From the NCBI GenBank assembly GCA_030390025.1, contig CM059430.1, forward strand, positions 98,580,001-98,644,000: a stretch of 64,000 nucleotides of DNA, written 5' to 3'. The notes beneath the pieces are model-generated. The model was given only the letters and a program-made list of their open reading frames with translations, had not been told where the DNA came from and did no database searches. Below are positions 38,948 through 53,030 of this stretch, in pieces. The DNA comes from Squalus acanthias. Its lineage: Eukaryota. The position numbers and the translations under genes are program-made. Every line of letters begins with the position of its first letter. The first letter of the stretch is position 1.

Positions 38948-39740
38948 CAATCATAGAATCATAGAAGTTTATGGCACAGAAGGAGGCCATTTGGCACATT
39001 ATGTCTGTGCGGCCGAAAATTCACTTTCTTGTCCTAAGAAAGCAAGGGATGAAAAACGGCAATTTGACCTATCAAGTCAGTCCCTTCCACAGACCATACA
39101 CAATCCATTTTGTTGTGGTTATGCCATCCATTGATGCTCTTGAAGGAAATTTTCTGATTCAAGATTTCCTCGTCACCAAGGGTAATGAAACAAGACTTCT
39201 GAATATTTATCCATCCCCACATTTCCACTGTTCAGTTCTTGCCTACTGCCCTCCACAGAGGACTACTACCATCCTCCACCTTCCCCTCTGTCCAGTTGCA
39301 GCAGAACATTATGTCCCATGAAGTATTTAACTGGATCAGATCCTCTCCTCAACCATCTCTACCACCAATGAAAACAAATTCAGCTCTGTGATGCTCTCGT
39401 CATAACTTAAAGTCCAATGACCTGGAATCCTCCTTGTTACTCTTTCCTGAATCCTCACCAATGCATGAATGTCCTTTTGAAGGCAGGGTGCCCTAGTGGC
39501 AGGAAACTAATACAAATAGCAAAGGTGAAAAAGATTGGGATGTGATTACTGATCACTCAGTGAAACATTCTAGTAAATGTGAAGCTATTATCAACAAAGC
39601 TAATCAAATACTAGGATACATCCCAAGGGCATCTGCTTATAAGTTGAAACAAGTTATTCTATCTTGGTAGAGATCATTGATGAGGTCACCTTATTTTGTG
39701 CAGTTCGGAAACCTTACCACTGAAGCATTGCAAAATATAA
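38948..39740. mobile_element. CR1 fragments (ATAGAATC tail and old RT piece on -, old RT piece on +)
   Basis: ATCATAGAATCATAGAA...CACAGAAGGAGGCCAT; KANQILGYI-like motif at about 39595. Confidence 0.6.
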
Positions 39741-40699
39741 CAGTGTGGAATGAAAAATGTTTTCCAAAGTTAGTAGTAATTGTAGTGGAATTGTTTTCTG
39801 CAAGAATTAATTGCAAATGGACAATTCAAGCAATGTGTGTTTGTGTCTTTGTTTTTTTTTCTAACTTTAATTTGAAAGGAAACACTTTCTTAGTGTTATG
39901 AGGCATTGCAAGAAGGAGTGGGGGGGGTGGGGGGTGGAGTTGGTGACGACCTTCTCCCATGCCTCTATAACTGAATAGTTGTTACTTGTAACTAAGATAT
40001 GCTCAGGATTAGAATGTTGATGAGTTTCTGTCAGATTTTCTCTCCCTGTGGGGAAGCATCAGGTCTTCTGTTCACCACTTCCCTAGAGTGACACAACTAA
40101 GATCAGTAACTCAGTAGAGTGAAGGATCAAACCTTCAACATCATCCTTTAGCAACCTGTGCTGGTGCTCCAACCAGTGGAACTGGTTTATCTCTGTAAAA
40201 CAGAATGTTTTGTTGTTCAATTAAAGCCCTCTCCCTCACAATATGATATAAAATGTGTTTGCCAACTTCAAATAAAGTGCTGTCACACACAAGAACATTG
40301 GTAGGACACACTCTTCCCTTGGCGCATCTAGATCCTGTCCCTGAATGCTGACAGTACTAGAGCCTATTATGCACGCTCGACGTTTAACTTCTATCTTAAT
40401 CTACAGATGCTAACCATGCATGGAACAGTCTCCCTAGGGGACTGCCTGTGTGTAGTGTACTGTGGTGCACCTGATGCTATTCTTCTTCCATGCATTAAAA
40501 AGTCCAGTACAGCGTGTGCACACCCTGGAATGTTGTTTCTTCATGCCCTTTGAGCTGCCGCCCTTTTGCAAATATGTGAGTCTCATACTTAGACAGTGTT
40601 CAATTTCTGACAAGCCATGACAGTCTTCATTCTGAGAAATATAGTGGCTTTGCAACAGTTCTTGTTCCACTGAACCTTCAGTTAGAATCAAGGCAGTTA

Positions 40700-41640
40700 G
40701 GCTCACTTGCTTAAAACCTGTTACATCTCTAACCTTTTCCAGTTCTAAGGAAAGCATCATTGTCGTGAAACGTTGACGCTGTTTCTCTCTTCACAGATGC
40801 TGGCTGACCTGCTGAGTGGTTCCAGCATTTTCTGTTTATCGGCTGTAATTTGCGGCCCCTACGGGTGCGTATGAGGTCTGTACGTGCCCGTAAGGGCTGC
40901 GCAAGTTCCAGATTTAGGCGTGTGAAGTGCGTGCATGAAAACCCGGAACTTGCGATCCATCAAGAATTCTCTTGACAGATGATCCGCATCCCCGGGAGAA
41001 GGGCCTCTGCAGATGGAGAGTTGCGCTATTTGCCCAACTTCTGCCCAGCGAATGCCCTTGAAATTCTTACGCCTGGTAAAAGCAGGCATAAGGCCTCCTT
41101 TTACCAGGCGTAAGAGTTTAAAAAAATAGAAAAATAAAATTTGATCACTCATTTATGCATTAAAAACCCTGTCCAATAAGGTAAGTTTATTTTTAGCCCC
41201 GTTAAAACATAATTTGCTTTTCAAAAAATTAAATTTTTGTTTAAAATATTTAATTAAATGGCATTTTAATTAATTTTAAATATGTAATTTTTTTTATTTC
41301 ATGTGTTTGCGTATTTTTTAAGTGATCCCCATTCATACTTATGGGAGTTCCGTACATACGGGATCCCCATAAGTATGAATGGGGATTCCCTTCTTTCATC
41401 GGTTAGGCCAGCCCACATGATCCCAGGGGCGCTTGTGAACTGCAAGTGCCCCTGGGATACGTGGGCCTCTACCTGTGAGTACCCGGAGAGGCCCAGGAGC
41501 GCAAATCTACGAACCTCCCAGGCCGCCAGGTAAATTCGTAGATTTTTTGCAGGTCGGAGGCACCCGCCCGCGGGAAGCCTCCGATCGCAAATTTTGGGCC
41601 ATTATGTCAGATTTCCAGCATCCGCAGTATTTTGCTTTTG
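40700..41640 (+). mobile_element. Second Penelope-type terminal repeat remnant split by a MITE
   Basis: GAAACGTT...ACAGATGCTG..TGACCTGCTGAG..TTCCAGCATTTTCTG | CAGATTTCCAGCATC; same sequence occurs in inverted arrangement at 52893-53030. Confidence 0.55.
40841..41600. mobile_element. Harbinger-type MITE family U, copy 1
   Basis: Ends GGCTGTAATTTGCG / CGCAAATTTTGGGCC; TSD ATC/ATT; homologous to 57660-58403. Confidence 0.8.
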
Positions 41641-42712
41641 AGTTAGACTCAGATATTGGCTCCACTTCTATGTTCACAGATAGACAAAATGCAAATGAGT
41701 ATAGTGTATCTCTCAACACATCGCGAACTCCAATGCAGGCAGCTAAGATTATAATCTTAACCTTCTGATATCACAGTCATCCAGCATACATTCCAGCCTG
41801 GAAACCTCTCAAAAGAGGTAAACAGCTTCTAAAAAGCTGATATAGCCTCCAAAAACTGACAGCTCAAAAAAAAACAACAGGCCATTCAACAAATGCCTGG
41901 AATATAGGGCTATGACCAAGGGAACTGCTTTAGGGTGACTGAACAAGTTAAATTCCATTTGTATTTATTGCGATTCTAGGATTTGTACTAGTGTTTTGGT
42001 GATCCAATTTGGCAACTTAATCTGTTTTTCTTGGAAATCTGAAACCCATTGGCAAGGGCTTGATGTGAAATCAAGTAGTTGCCATGAGAGTGCAGTGGGA
42101 TCATGAGCTTGTAAATTAAGCTGTAGGTTCATCCAACATTTCACACTTGTATTGCAGAGAAAAAAGTGTGTTTCTGGCAGTGGTGGATTTTGAAAGTTCC
42201 GAAGGGGCTACCGAAGATACAAGAATTGTTTCCTAGAGGGTCTGTGTCATGCTCCTTTGTAATTTTAAACATATATTTACATTTTTGATACATTATGCAG
42301 CATTTTTGACTTTAATTGTGCATTTGAAGTCAAAAATATTTTTTATTCTGGAAGAGTTACACATATTTTAAATATTAAAGCAGCTACAAGTTACTAATTG
42401 ATTTTTGTACAATTAGAAGAGAATGCATAGTGAGCACAGCCAAGCAGGTTTATTGTATGCATGTACCATTGCTGAATGATATAATAATGTCAATAATAAG
42501 CAGTCCTGGATGTCATACATGGACTGAACGATGCTCTTTCATTGTAAGCGTAGAAATTTGACAAATATGTCTTCCATGCCACAAGCATAATTTATTGCCT
42601 CGAAGAAAGACCTTCACCTCTTCTTCGTGTAGTTCTGAAGAACTTTGTCCAGACTGAAGCTGACAGCCACCAGGTACTGATATGTGACAGATGGCCGTTG
42701 TGTCTGCCAATC

Positions 42713-43120
42713 TTAGACAGAATCATAGACAGATACAGCACAGAAGGAGGCCATTCAGCCCATCGTGCCTGTGCCAGCTCTTTGTTAGAGCTATCCAATT
42801 AATCCCACTCCCCTGCTTTTTCCTCATAGCCCTGTAATTTTTTTCCCTTCAAATATTTATCCAATTCCATTTTGAATGTTACTATTGAACCTGCTTGCAC
42901 CACCCTTTCAGTCAGTACATTCCAGAGCACAACAATTCGCTGTGTAAAAAAAAAATGTTTCCTCATGTTCGCCTTTGGTTCTTTTGCCAATCACCTTAAA
43001 TCTGTGTCCTCTGGTTACCGACCCTTCTGCCACTGGAAACAGTTTCTCTTTATTTACTCTATCAAAACGATTTGTGATTTTGTACATCTCTATCAAATCT
43101 CCTCTTAACCTTCTCCTTAG
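42713..43120 (-). mobile_element. CR1 LINE 3' fragment
   Basis: RRLRGDLIE, TRGHRFK, FFTQR; AGAATCATAG tail. Confidence 0.88.
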
Positions 43121-43149
43121 AGCAGAGAAGGTTAAGAAAAAGAAAAAAT

Positions 43150-43230
43150 GCAAGACTTGCATTTATATAGCGCCTTTCACGACCACAAGACATCCCAAAG
43201 CGCTTTACAGTCAATGAAATACTTCATTGG
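43150..43230 (-). mobile_element. SINE/L2-type 3' tail fragment
   Basis: ACTTGCATTTATATAGCGCCTTTCAC...CCCAAAGCGCTTTACAG. Confidence 0.65.
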
Positions 43231-43489
43231 AAGCATCCTTTGAACCTCAGAAGCCATAATTTTGCACTTTGGTGCACCCAGCACCATATTCCATTGGTTA
43301 GTCTATTGTACTCAAGGTGGTGAGTAAATTGCACTAGATCTCCAGAGGAGTTGCCGACGGCAAGATATCATCTTCAAAGAAAAAAGCATCACACTACTTT
43401 CAGTAATGCCTAGAACAGATGCTCTGAAGCCATTCCTTACAATGCCATTGTTAAAGACATTGAATAGAATGAGCGACAATGGATAGCCT

Positions 43490-45200
43490 TAAGAACATAA
43501 GAACATAAGAAATAGGAGCAGGAGTAGGCCAATCGGCCCTTCGAGCCTGCTCCGCCATTCAATAAGATCATGGCTGATCTGATCCTCACCTCAAATCTAA
43601 AGAACACAAGAAGTAGGAGCAGGACCTGGCCACTCAGCCCCTGGGCCCGCTACGCCACCCACAGGGCCTCAACCGATCTGAACTCAGCCTCATGTCCAAT
43701 TTCCTGCCCGCTCCCCGTAACCCCTAATTCCCTTTACTTCTAGGAAACTGTCTATTTTTGTTTTAAATTTATTTAATGATGTAGCTTCCACAGCTTCCTG
43801 GGGCAGCAAATTCCACAGACCCACCACCCTCTGAGTGAAGAAGTTTCTCCTCATCTCAGTTTTGAAAGAGCAGCCCCTTATACTAAGATTATGCCCCCTA
43901 GTTCTAGTTTCACCCATCATTGGGAAAATCCTTACCGCATCCACCCCATCAAGCCCCTTCACAATCTTATATGTTTCAATAAGATCGCCTCTCACTCTTC
44001 TGAACTCCAATGAGTAGAGTCCCAATCTACTCAACCTCTCCTCATATGTCCACCCCCTCATCCCAGGGATTAACCGAGTGAACCTTCTTTGTACTGCCTC
44101 GAGAGCAAGTATGTCTTTTCTTAAGTATGGACACCAAAACTGTCTGCAGTATTCCAGGTGCGGTCTCACCAATACCTTATATAACTGCAGCAATACCTCC
44201 CTGTTTTTATAATCTATCCCCCTAGCAATAAAAGCCAACATTCCATTGGCCTTCTTGATCACCTGCTGCATCTACATACTAACTTTTTGATTTTCTTGCA
44301 CTAGGACCCCCAGATCCCTTTGTACTGCAGTACTTTCCAGTTTCTCGCCATTAAGATAATAACTTGCTCTCTGATTTTTCTTGCCAAAGTGCATAACCTC
44401 ACATTTTCCAATATTGTATTGCATCTGCCAAATCTCCGCCCACTCACTCAGCCTGTCTATATCCCCTTGTAGGCTTTTTATGTCCTCCTCACTTTCTACT
44501 TTCCCTCCCATCTTTGTATCATCTGCAAACTTTGATATGTTACACTCGGTCCCCTCCTCCAAATCGTTAATATAGATTGTAAAGAGTTGGGGACCCAGCA
44601 CCGACCCCTGCGGAACACCACTGGCTACTGGTTGCCAGTCCGAGAATGAACCATTTATCCCAACTCTCTGCTTCCTGTTAGATAACCAATCCTCCACCCA
44701 TGCCAGAATATTCCCCCCAATCCAGTGATTTTTTATCTTGAGCAATAATCTTTTATGTGGCACCTTGTCGAATGCCTTCTGGAAGTCTAAATACACTACG
44801 TCCATTGGTTTCCCTTTATCCACCCTGTACGTTATGTCCTCAAAGAACTCAAGCAAATTTGTCAGACATGACTTCCCCTTCATAAAGCCATGCTGACTTT
44901 GTTCTATTAAATTATGTTTATCTAAATGTTCCGTTACTGTCTCCTTAATAATAGACTCCAAAATTTTACCCACCACAGATGTTAGGCTAACTGGTCTCTA
45001 ATTTCCAGCCTTCTGCCTACTACCCTTTTTAAATAAGGGTGTTACATTAGCAGTTTTCCAATCTGCCGGGACCTTTGCTGAGTCCAGGGAATTTTGGAAA
45101 ATTATTACCAAAGCATCCACAATTCCTACTGCCACTTCCCTCAAGACCCTAGGATGTAAGCCATCAGGTCCAGGGGATTTATCCGCCTTGAGTCCCATTA
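43490..45200 (-). mobile_element. Young CR1 LINE, 5'-truncated RT
   Basis: [35 protein letters not shown]; two in-frame stops; (AAGAACAT)n tail. Confidence 0.95.
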
Positions 45201-45545
45201 TTGCAGTACTTCTTTTTCTAGAGATAGATTCGGTAGCAGTAAACTTACTGTTTGCCTGATTTCAGGTGGATCTGGGGTGGCTGAGGCAGGAAATGGGGTG
45301 GGGGGTGGGGGGGGGGGAATCCTCCTGGAAATGACAGCAGTTGCCAGAAGCACCAACCCATTTTCATGCAGATATACCTTAATGGAAACATTACAATGGT
45401 GTGACATTGTACATCACATTTTTCATATTACGACTTCATTATTACTTGCCATAATTGATTCCTGTATAAAAAAGGTATGTACTTGTTAGAATAATATGTC
45501 GAGGAACAAACTAGGAAACAGGCTGTTTTAGATCTACTATTGTGT

Positions 45546-46805
45546 AATCATAGAATCATAGAAATTTACAGCACAGAAGGAGGCCATTTGGCCCATCATG
45601 TCTGTTCCGGCCGAAAAACAGCTATCCAGCCTAATCCTACTTTCCAGCTCTTGGTCCATAGCCCTGTATGCCACGGCACCTCAAGTGCACATCCAACCAC
45701 TATTTAAATGCGTTGGGGGTTTCTGCCTCTACCACCCTTTCAGGCAGTGAGTTCCAGACCCCCACCACCCTCTGGGTGGAAAAAGTTCTCCTCAACTCCC
45801 CTCTAATCCTTCTACCAATTACTTTAAATTTATGCCCCCTGGTTGTTGACCCCTCTGCTAAGGGAAATAGGTCCTTCCTATCCACTCTATCTAGGCCCCT
45901 CATAATTTTATGCACCTCAATTACATCTCCCCTCAGCCTCCTCTGTTCCAAAGAAAACAACCCCAGCCTATCCAATCTTTCCTCATAGCTAAAATTCTCC
46001 AGTCCTGGCAACATCTCGTAAATCTCCTCTGTACCCTCTCTAGTGCAATCACATCTTTCCTGTAGTGTGGTGACCAGAACTGTAGGCAGTACTCTAGCTG
46101 TGGCCTAACTAGTGTTTTATACAGTTCAAGCATAACCTCGCTGCTCTTATATTCTATGCCTCAGCTAATAAAGGAAAGTATCCTGTATGCCTTCTTAACC
46201 ACTTTATCTACCTGTCCTGCTACCTTTGGGGATCTGTGGCCATGCACTCCAAGGTCCCTCTGTTCACCTACACTTCTCAGTAACCTACCATTTATTGTGT
46301 ATTTCCTTGCCTTGTTAGCCCTCCCCAAATGCATTACCTCACACTTCTCCAGATTGAATTCCATTTGTCACTTTTCTGCCCACCTGACCAGTCCATCGAT
46401 ATCTTCCTGCAGCCTACAGCTTTCTTCCTCACTATCAACCACAAGGCCAATTTTTGTATCATCTGCAAACTTCTTAATCATGCCCCCTATATTGAAGTCT
46501 AAATCATTGATATATACCACAAAACGTAAGGGACCTAGTACTGAGCCCTGCGGAACCCCACTGGAAACAGCCTTCCAGTCACACAAACACCCGTCAACCA
46601 TTACCCTTTGCTTCCTGCCAATGAGCCAATTTTGGATCCAACTTTCTACTTTCCCTTGGATCCCATGGGCTTTTACTTTTCTGATCAGTTTGTCATGTGG
46701 GACCTTGTCAAAAGCCTTGCTAAAATTCATGTAGACTGCATCAAACACGCTACATTCATCGACCCTCCTCATTACCATTACCGCCTCAAAAAATTGAATC
46801 AAGTA
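45546..46805 (-). mobile_element. CR1 LINE RT fragment
   Basis: [26 protein letters not shown]; (ATCATAGA)n tail. Confidence 0.93.
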
Positions 46806-47547
46806 ATGAGACAGGGTTAATTATTAATCTTATAGTAAAGGATTTTTAAAAATCAGCAAAGAATGACCAAGAAATTGATAAAGAGGGAGAAAATAGATTA
46901 TGAGAGTAAGCTAGCAAGAAATATAAAACAGATTGGAAGAGCTTCAATATGTCTGTAAAAAGGAAGAGATTAGTGAAAGTAAATATGGGTCACTTAGAGC
47001 CAGAGACAGGAGAAATTATAATAGGGAATAAGGAAATGGCAGAGGCGTTAAACAAAAACTTTGTATATGGTATATATCTTCACAGTAGAAGACACAATTA
47101 ATGAAACTAAAAGCCGACAAATCCCCTGGACCTGATGGTTTTAAAAGAGATGGCTGCAGAGATAGTGGATGCATTGGTTTTGATCTTCCAGAATTCCCTA
47201 GATTCTAGAATGGTCCCCATGGATTGGAAGGTAGCGAATGTAACCCTGCTGTTCAAGAAAGGAGGGAGAGAGAAAACGGAACTATAGGCCAGTTAGTCTG
47301 ACATCAGTAGTAGGGAAAATGTTGGAATCCATTATTAAGGAAGTGGTAACAGGGCACTTAGAAAATCATAATATGATTAGGCAGAGTCAACACGGTTTTA
47401 TGAAATGGAAATCATGTTTGACAAATCTATTAGAGTATTTTGAGGGTGTAACTAGCAGGGAGGATAAGGGGGATCCAGCAGAATGTAGTATATTTGGATT
47501 TTCAAAAGGCATTTGATAAAGTGCCACACAAGAGGTTGTTACACAAG

Positions 47548-50500
47548 TATGTAAAAAGAAAAAGATTAGTGAAAAGGTCCCTTACAGTCAGAAATGGGAG
47601 AATTTATAATGGAGAACAAGGAAATTAGGAGCAATTAAACAAATACTTTGGTTCTGTCTTCACGGAAGAGGACACAAATAACTTCCCAGAAATGCTAGGT
47701 AACCAAGGGTCTACTGAGAAGGAGGAATCTGTGTTCACTATGGAGAAGGACGATGTAGGCATAGAAATCAGGCAGGGGGATTGTGATATACTTGAACAAA
47801 TTAGTATTGAGAAGGAGGAGGTACTAGTGGTTTTAGCGGGCTTAAAAGTGGATAAATCCCCAGGCCCAGACGAGATGTATCCCAGGCTGCTGTGTGAGGC
47901 AAGGGAGGGGATTGCAGGGGCTCTGACACAAATTTTCAGATCCTCTCTGGCCACAGGGGAGGTGCCAGAGGACTGGAGGACAGCTAATGTAGTCCCATTA
48001 TTCAAGAAGGGTAGTAAGGATAAACCAGGGAATTACAGGCCAGTGAGCCTAACATCAGTGGTAGGGAAATTATTGGAAAAAATTCTGAGGGACAGAATTA
48101 GTCTCCACTTGGAGAGGCAGGGATTAATCAAGAATAGTCAGCATGACTTTGTCAGGGGGAGATCATGTCTAACCAATTTGATTGAATTTTTCGAGGGGGT
48201 GACTAGGTGTGTGGATGAGGGTAGTGCAGTTGATGTAGTCTACATGGACCTCAGTAAGGCTTTTGACAAAGTCCCGCATGGGAGATTGGTGAAGAAGGTA
48301 AGAGCCCATGGGATCCAGGGCAATTTGGCACATTGGATCCAAAATTGACTTAGTGGCAGGAGGCAGAGGGTGATGATCGAAGGTTGTTTTTGTGACTAGA
48401 AGCCTGTGTCCAGTGGTGTACCGCAGGGATCGGTGCTGGGTCCTTTGCTGTTTGTAGTGTACATTAATGATTTAGATATGAATGTAGGAGGTATGATCAG
48501 TAAGTTGTCAGATGACACGAAAATTGGTGGAGTGGTAAATTGCGAGGAGGGAAGCCTCAGGCTACAGGACAATATAGATGGGTTGGTTAGATGGGAAGAA
48601 CAGTGGCAAATGGAATTTAACCCTGAAAAGTGTGAGGTGATGCATTTTGGGAGGACTAACAAGGCAAGGGAATACACAATGAATGGTAGGACCCTAGGAA
48701 GGACAGAGGATCAGAGGGCCCTGGGTGTGCATATACATAGATCCCTGAAGGCAGCAGGACAGGTAGATAAGGTGGTTAAAAAGGCATATGGGATACTTGC
48801 CTTCATTAGCCGAGGCATAGAATATAAGAGCAGTGAGGTTATGATGGAGCTGTACAAAACGCTAGTTAGGCCACAGCTGGAATACTGTGTGCAGTTCTGG
48901 TCGCCACACTATAGGAAGGATGTGATTGCATTGGAGAGGGTGCAGAGGAGATTCACCAGGATGTTACCTGGGCTGGAGCGCTTCAGCTATGAAGAGAGAC
49001 TGGACAGGCTGGGGTTGTTTTCCTTGGAGCAGAGAAGGCTGAGGAGGGACCTGATTGAGGTGTACAAAATTATGAGGGGCATAGATAGGGTAGATAGAAA
49101 GGAACTTTTCCCCTTAGTAGAGGGGTCAATAACCAGGGGACATAGTTTCAAGATAAGGGGCAGGAGGTTTAGAGGGGATTTGAGGAAAAACTTTTTCACC
49201 CAGAGGGTGGTTGGAATCTGGAACTCACTACCTGAAAGGGTGGTAGAGGCAGGAACCCTCACAACATTCAAGAAGCATTCAGATGAGCACTTGAAACGCC
49301 ATAGCATACAAGGCTATGGATCAAGTGCTGGAAAATGGGATTAGAATAGATAGGGCTTGATGGCCGGCGCGGACACGATATGCCGAAGGGCCTCTTTCTG
49401 TGCTGTATAACTCTATGACTCTAATTAAAGGAAATTAGCATTAGTAACAAAATAGTGCTGGGGAAATTAATGGGACTGAAAGCTGATAAATCCCCAGGGC
49501 CTGATAATCTGCATCCCAGAGTACTAAAAGAGGTAGCCATGGAAATAGTGGATGCATTGGTTGTCATCTTCCAAAATTCTATAGATTATGGAACAGTTCC
49601 TGCTGATTGGAGGGTGGCAAATGTAACCCCACTATTTAAAAAAGGAGGGAGAGAGAAAACAGGGAACTACAGACTGGTTAGCCTAACATCAGTAGTAGGG
49701 AAAATGCTAGAGGATAAAGGATGTGATAACAGGACACTTAGAAAATATCAACGGGATTAGACAAAGTCAACATGGATTTATGAAAGGGAAATCGTGTTTG
49801 ACAAACCTACTGGAGTTTTTTGAGGATGTAACTGGTAGAATAGATAAGGGAGAAGCAGTGGATGTGGTGTATTTGGATTTTCAGAAAACCTTTGATAAAG
49901 TCCCACATAAGAGGTTAGTGTGCAAAATTAAAGCACATGGGATTGGGGGTAATATACTGGCATGGATTGAAAATTGGTTAATAGACAGGAAACAGAGAGG
50001 GTAGGAATAAATGGGACTTTTTCGGGGTGGCAGGCGGTGACTAGTGGGGTACCGCAGGGATCAGTGCTTGAGCCCCAGCTATTCACAATATATATCAATG
50101 ATTTGCATGAGGGAACCAAATGTAATATTTCCAAGTTTGCTGACGACACGAAACTAGGTGGGATTGTGAGTTGTGAGGAGGATGCAAAGAGGCTTCAAGG
50201 CGATTTAGACAAGTTGAGTGAGTGGGCAAATACATGGCAGATGCAGTATAATGTGGATAAATGTAAAGTTATCCACTTCGGTAGGAAAAACAGAAAGGCA
50301 GAGTATTATTTAAATGGTGATAGATTGGGAAATGTTGATGTACAAAGGGACCTGGGTTTCCTTGTACACCAGTCACTGAAAACAAACATGCAGGTGCAAC
50401 AGGCAGTTAGGAAGGCAAATGGTATGTTGGCCTTCATTGCAAGAGGATTTGAGTACAGGAGCAAGAATGTCTTACTACAGTTATACAGGGCCTTGGTGAG

Positions 50501-51074
50501 ACCACACCTGGAGTACTGTGTGCAGTTTTGGTCTCCTTACCTAAGAAAGAATATACTTGCCATAGAGGGAGTGCAGCGAAGGTTTACCAGACTGATTCCT
50601 GGGATGGCAGGACTGTCGTATGAGGAGAGATTGGGTCGACTAGGCCTGTATTCACTAAAGTTTAGAAGAATGAGAGGGGATCTCATTGAAACGTATAAAA
50701 TTCTGACAGGGCTAGACAGACTGGATGCAGGGAGGATGTTTCCCCTGGCTGGGGGGTCTAGAACGAGGGGTCACAGTCTCAGGATACGGGATAGGACATT
50801 TAGGACTGAGATGAGGAGAAATTTCTTTACTCAGAGGGTGGTGAACCTGTGGAATTCTCTACCACAGAAGGCTGTGGAGGCCAAGTCACTGAATATATTT
50901 AAGAGGGAGATAAATAGATTTCTAGACATAAAAAAGGCATCAAGGGGTATGGGGAGAGAGCGGGAATATGGTATTGAGATAGAGGATCAGCCATGATCAT
51001 ATTGAATGGCGGAGGAAGCTCGAAGGGCCGAATGGCCTACTCCTGCACCTATTTTTCTATCTATGTTTCTATGT
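47548..51074 (+). mobile_element. CR1 LINE (middle member of nest; 47548-47728 and 49423-51074)
   Basis: STEKEE | LKEISI continuity; RT ORFs 49455-50996; CTATGTTT tail. Confidence 0.88.
47729..49422 (+). mobile_element. CR1 LINE (inner member of nest)
   Basis: RT ORFs 47692-49344 with stops; CTCTATGACTCT tail. Confidence 0.92.
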
Positions 51075-52326
51075 TAAGGTTCATGGGATTGGGGTTATAT
51101 TAACATGGATTGAGGATTGGTTAATGGACAGAAAACAGAGAGTAGGAATAAATGGGTCATTTTTGGGTTGGGAGGCTGTAATCAGTGGGGTGCCACAAGG
51201 ATCAGTGTTGGGGCTTCAGCTATTTACAATCTATATCAATGACTTAGATGAGGGGACCGAGTGTAATGTATCCAAGTTTGCTGACGATACAAAGCTAGGT
51301 GGGAAAGTAAGCTGTGAGGAGGACACAAAGAGGCTGCAAAGGGATATAGACAGGTTAATTTGAGTGGGCAAGAAGGTGAAAGATGGAGTATAAAGTGGGG
51401 AAATGTGAAATTATCTACTTTGGTCGGAAGAGTAGAAAAGCAGAATTTTTTTTGGGAGGTGAGAGACTAGGAAATGTTGGTATTCAGAGGGATTTGGGAG
51501 TCCTTGTACGTGAATCACAGAAATTTAACATGCAGTTACAACAAGCAATTAGGAAGGCAAATGGATGTTAGCCTTTATTGCAAACGGGTTGGAGTATAAG
51601 AGTAAGGAAGGGCTTTGGTGAGACCACACCTGGAGGACTGTGTACAATTTTGGTCTCCTTACCTAAGGAAGGATATACTTTCCTTAGAGGGGGGGTGCAA
51701 CGAAGGTTCACCAGACTGATTCCTGGGATGAGAGAGTATGAGGAGAGATTGAGTAGCATGAGCCTATATTCTCTGAAGTTTAAAAGAATGAGAGGTGATC
51801 TCATTGAAATGTATAGAATTCTTAGAGGGCTTGACAGGCTAGATGGTGAGAGGCTGTGTTCCAGGCTGGAGAGTTTAAAACTAGGAGTCATAGGGCTAAA
51901 TATTTGTGGTCGTCACGAGAGTTGCCAGTGTCACCATGGCCTCACGTTAACGGCTGCTTAAGCGTTACAGGGAAAAGTTCACGCTGGGGGCTAAATTTTT
52001 TTTAGCCCAGCGCTAACTTACCGTGTAATGCCCTCCTGGTGGCGTTAGTGCAAGCATGGGAGTCGAAGTTGCCGTCCAGAAACGGTGCAGGCCATTCTTG
52101 ACGGTGCAGGCCATTCTTAGCGGGGCATGGCTAAGCCCTTGGCCAGTGCGGGGCTGAAAGGTTACAAGATGCTGGTATCCTCATACGTTAGCCTCCTTCT
52201 CACATGCCACTCTTGCTTTCCCGCACATCCTCACCACAACTCCACCCTTGTACCTTCCTCATTTCACATATCCAAGAAATGCAGCCTGCCCAGACAGTGG
52301 TTGGCCAAGAAGAGAGAGAGGAGAGT

Positions 52327-52371
52327 GAAGAAGAAGAAGAAGAAGAAGAAGAAGAAGAAGCAGAAGAAGAA
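52327..52371 (+). repeat. (GAA)n microsatellite
   Basis: About 15 GAA-type units with one interruption. Confidence 0.95.
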
Positions 52372-52892
52372 ACACCATCACTCGATTTGACATTCCCAGC
52401 CACCTACTCCTCAAGGTTGACCAGTAAGGCCATTTGCAATGTCCCCCACTGAAAGTCAGCAGCTTTCCACCAACCATGCTGCAGCCACTGGGGTAGCACT
52501 GCATGACATCAGTAGGATAGGCAAAGGCACACACAAGACAGTCACTAAGAGAATGCGTAAGGGTAATGAGTTGATTTCTTGATGTCATATTGGATAGATA
52601 GATGTACAAAATTGGATTGGAAAGTTTGCTTTGTGGTGGCTTTTAGCATTGTGGCCAAGAGGACGCTGTGATGGTCAGTAACAGAGGGAAGGTAAGGTGT
52701 GGGACAAATATTGAAAGGGAAATTGGGGTTGTAGTCACTGGGACCGCAGGTGGATGATTCCATCCCAGATATTCCGGCCAGAATGGGGCTGTCTGGGATG
52801 CATCCTTTCTTCTGCTTCTTCCTCGTCAGCTTCCTCCTCTTCTGTGTCTTCCTTTTCTGCGCCTTCCTCTTCCCTCTGACAGCGGATGCTAT

Positions 52893-53030
52893 AAATCTGA
52901 AATGACAGCATAAAATGCTGGAAATACTCAACAGATCAGGCAGCATCTTGACCTGAGACATGAACTCTGTTTCTCCATCCACAGATGTTGCCTGACCTGC
53001 TGAGTATTTCCAACATTTTCTGTCTTCTCA
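52893..53030. mobile_element. Inverted-pair fragment of the second Penelope-type terminal repeat
   Basis: AAAATGCTGGAAATACTCA..AGGCAGCATC and its reverse complement GATGTTGCCTGACCTGCTGAGTATTTCCAACATTTT. Confidence 0.55.

Noticed and set aside
40744-40775. Hammerhead-like motif in the second Penelope-type repeat
   Set aside because: Core is mutated (CTAAGGA instead of CTGANGA) and helix II does not pair; relic at best
52127-52609. Poly-K/E/S/L ORFs
   Set aside because: Translations of the (GAA)n repeat inside a transposon
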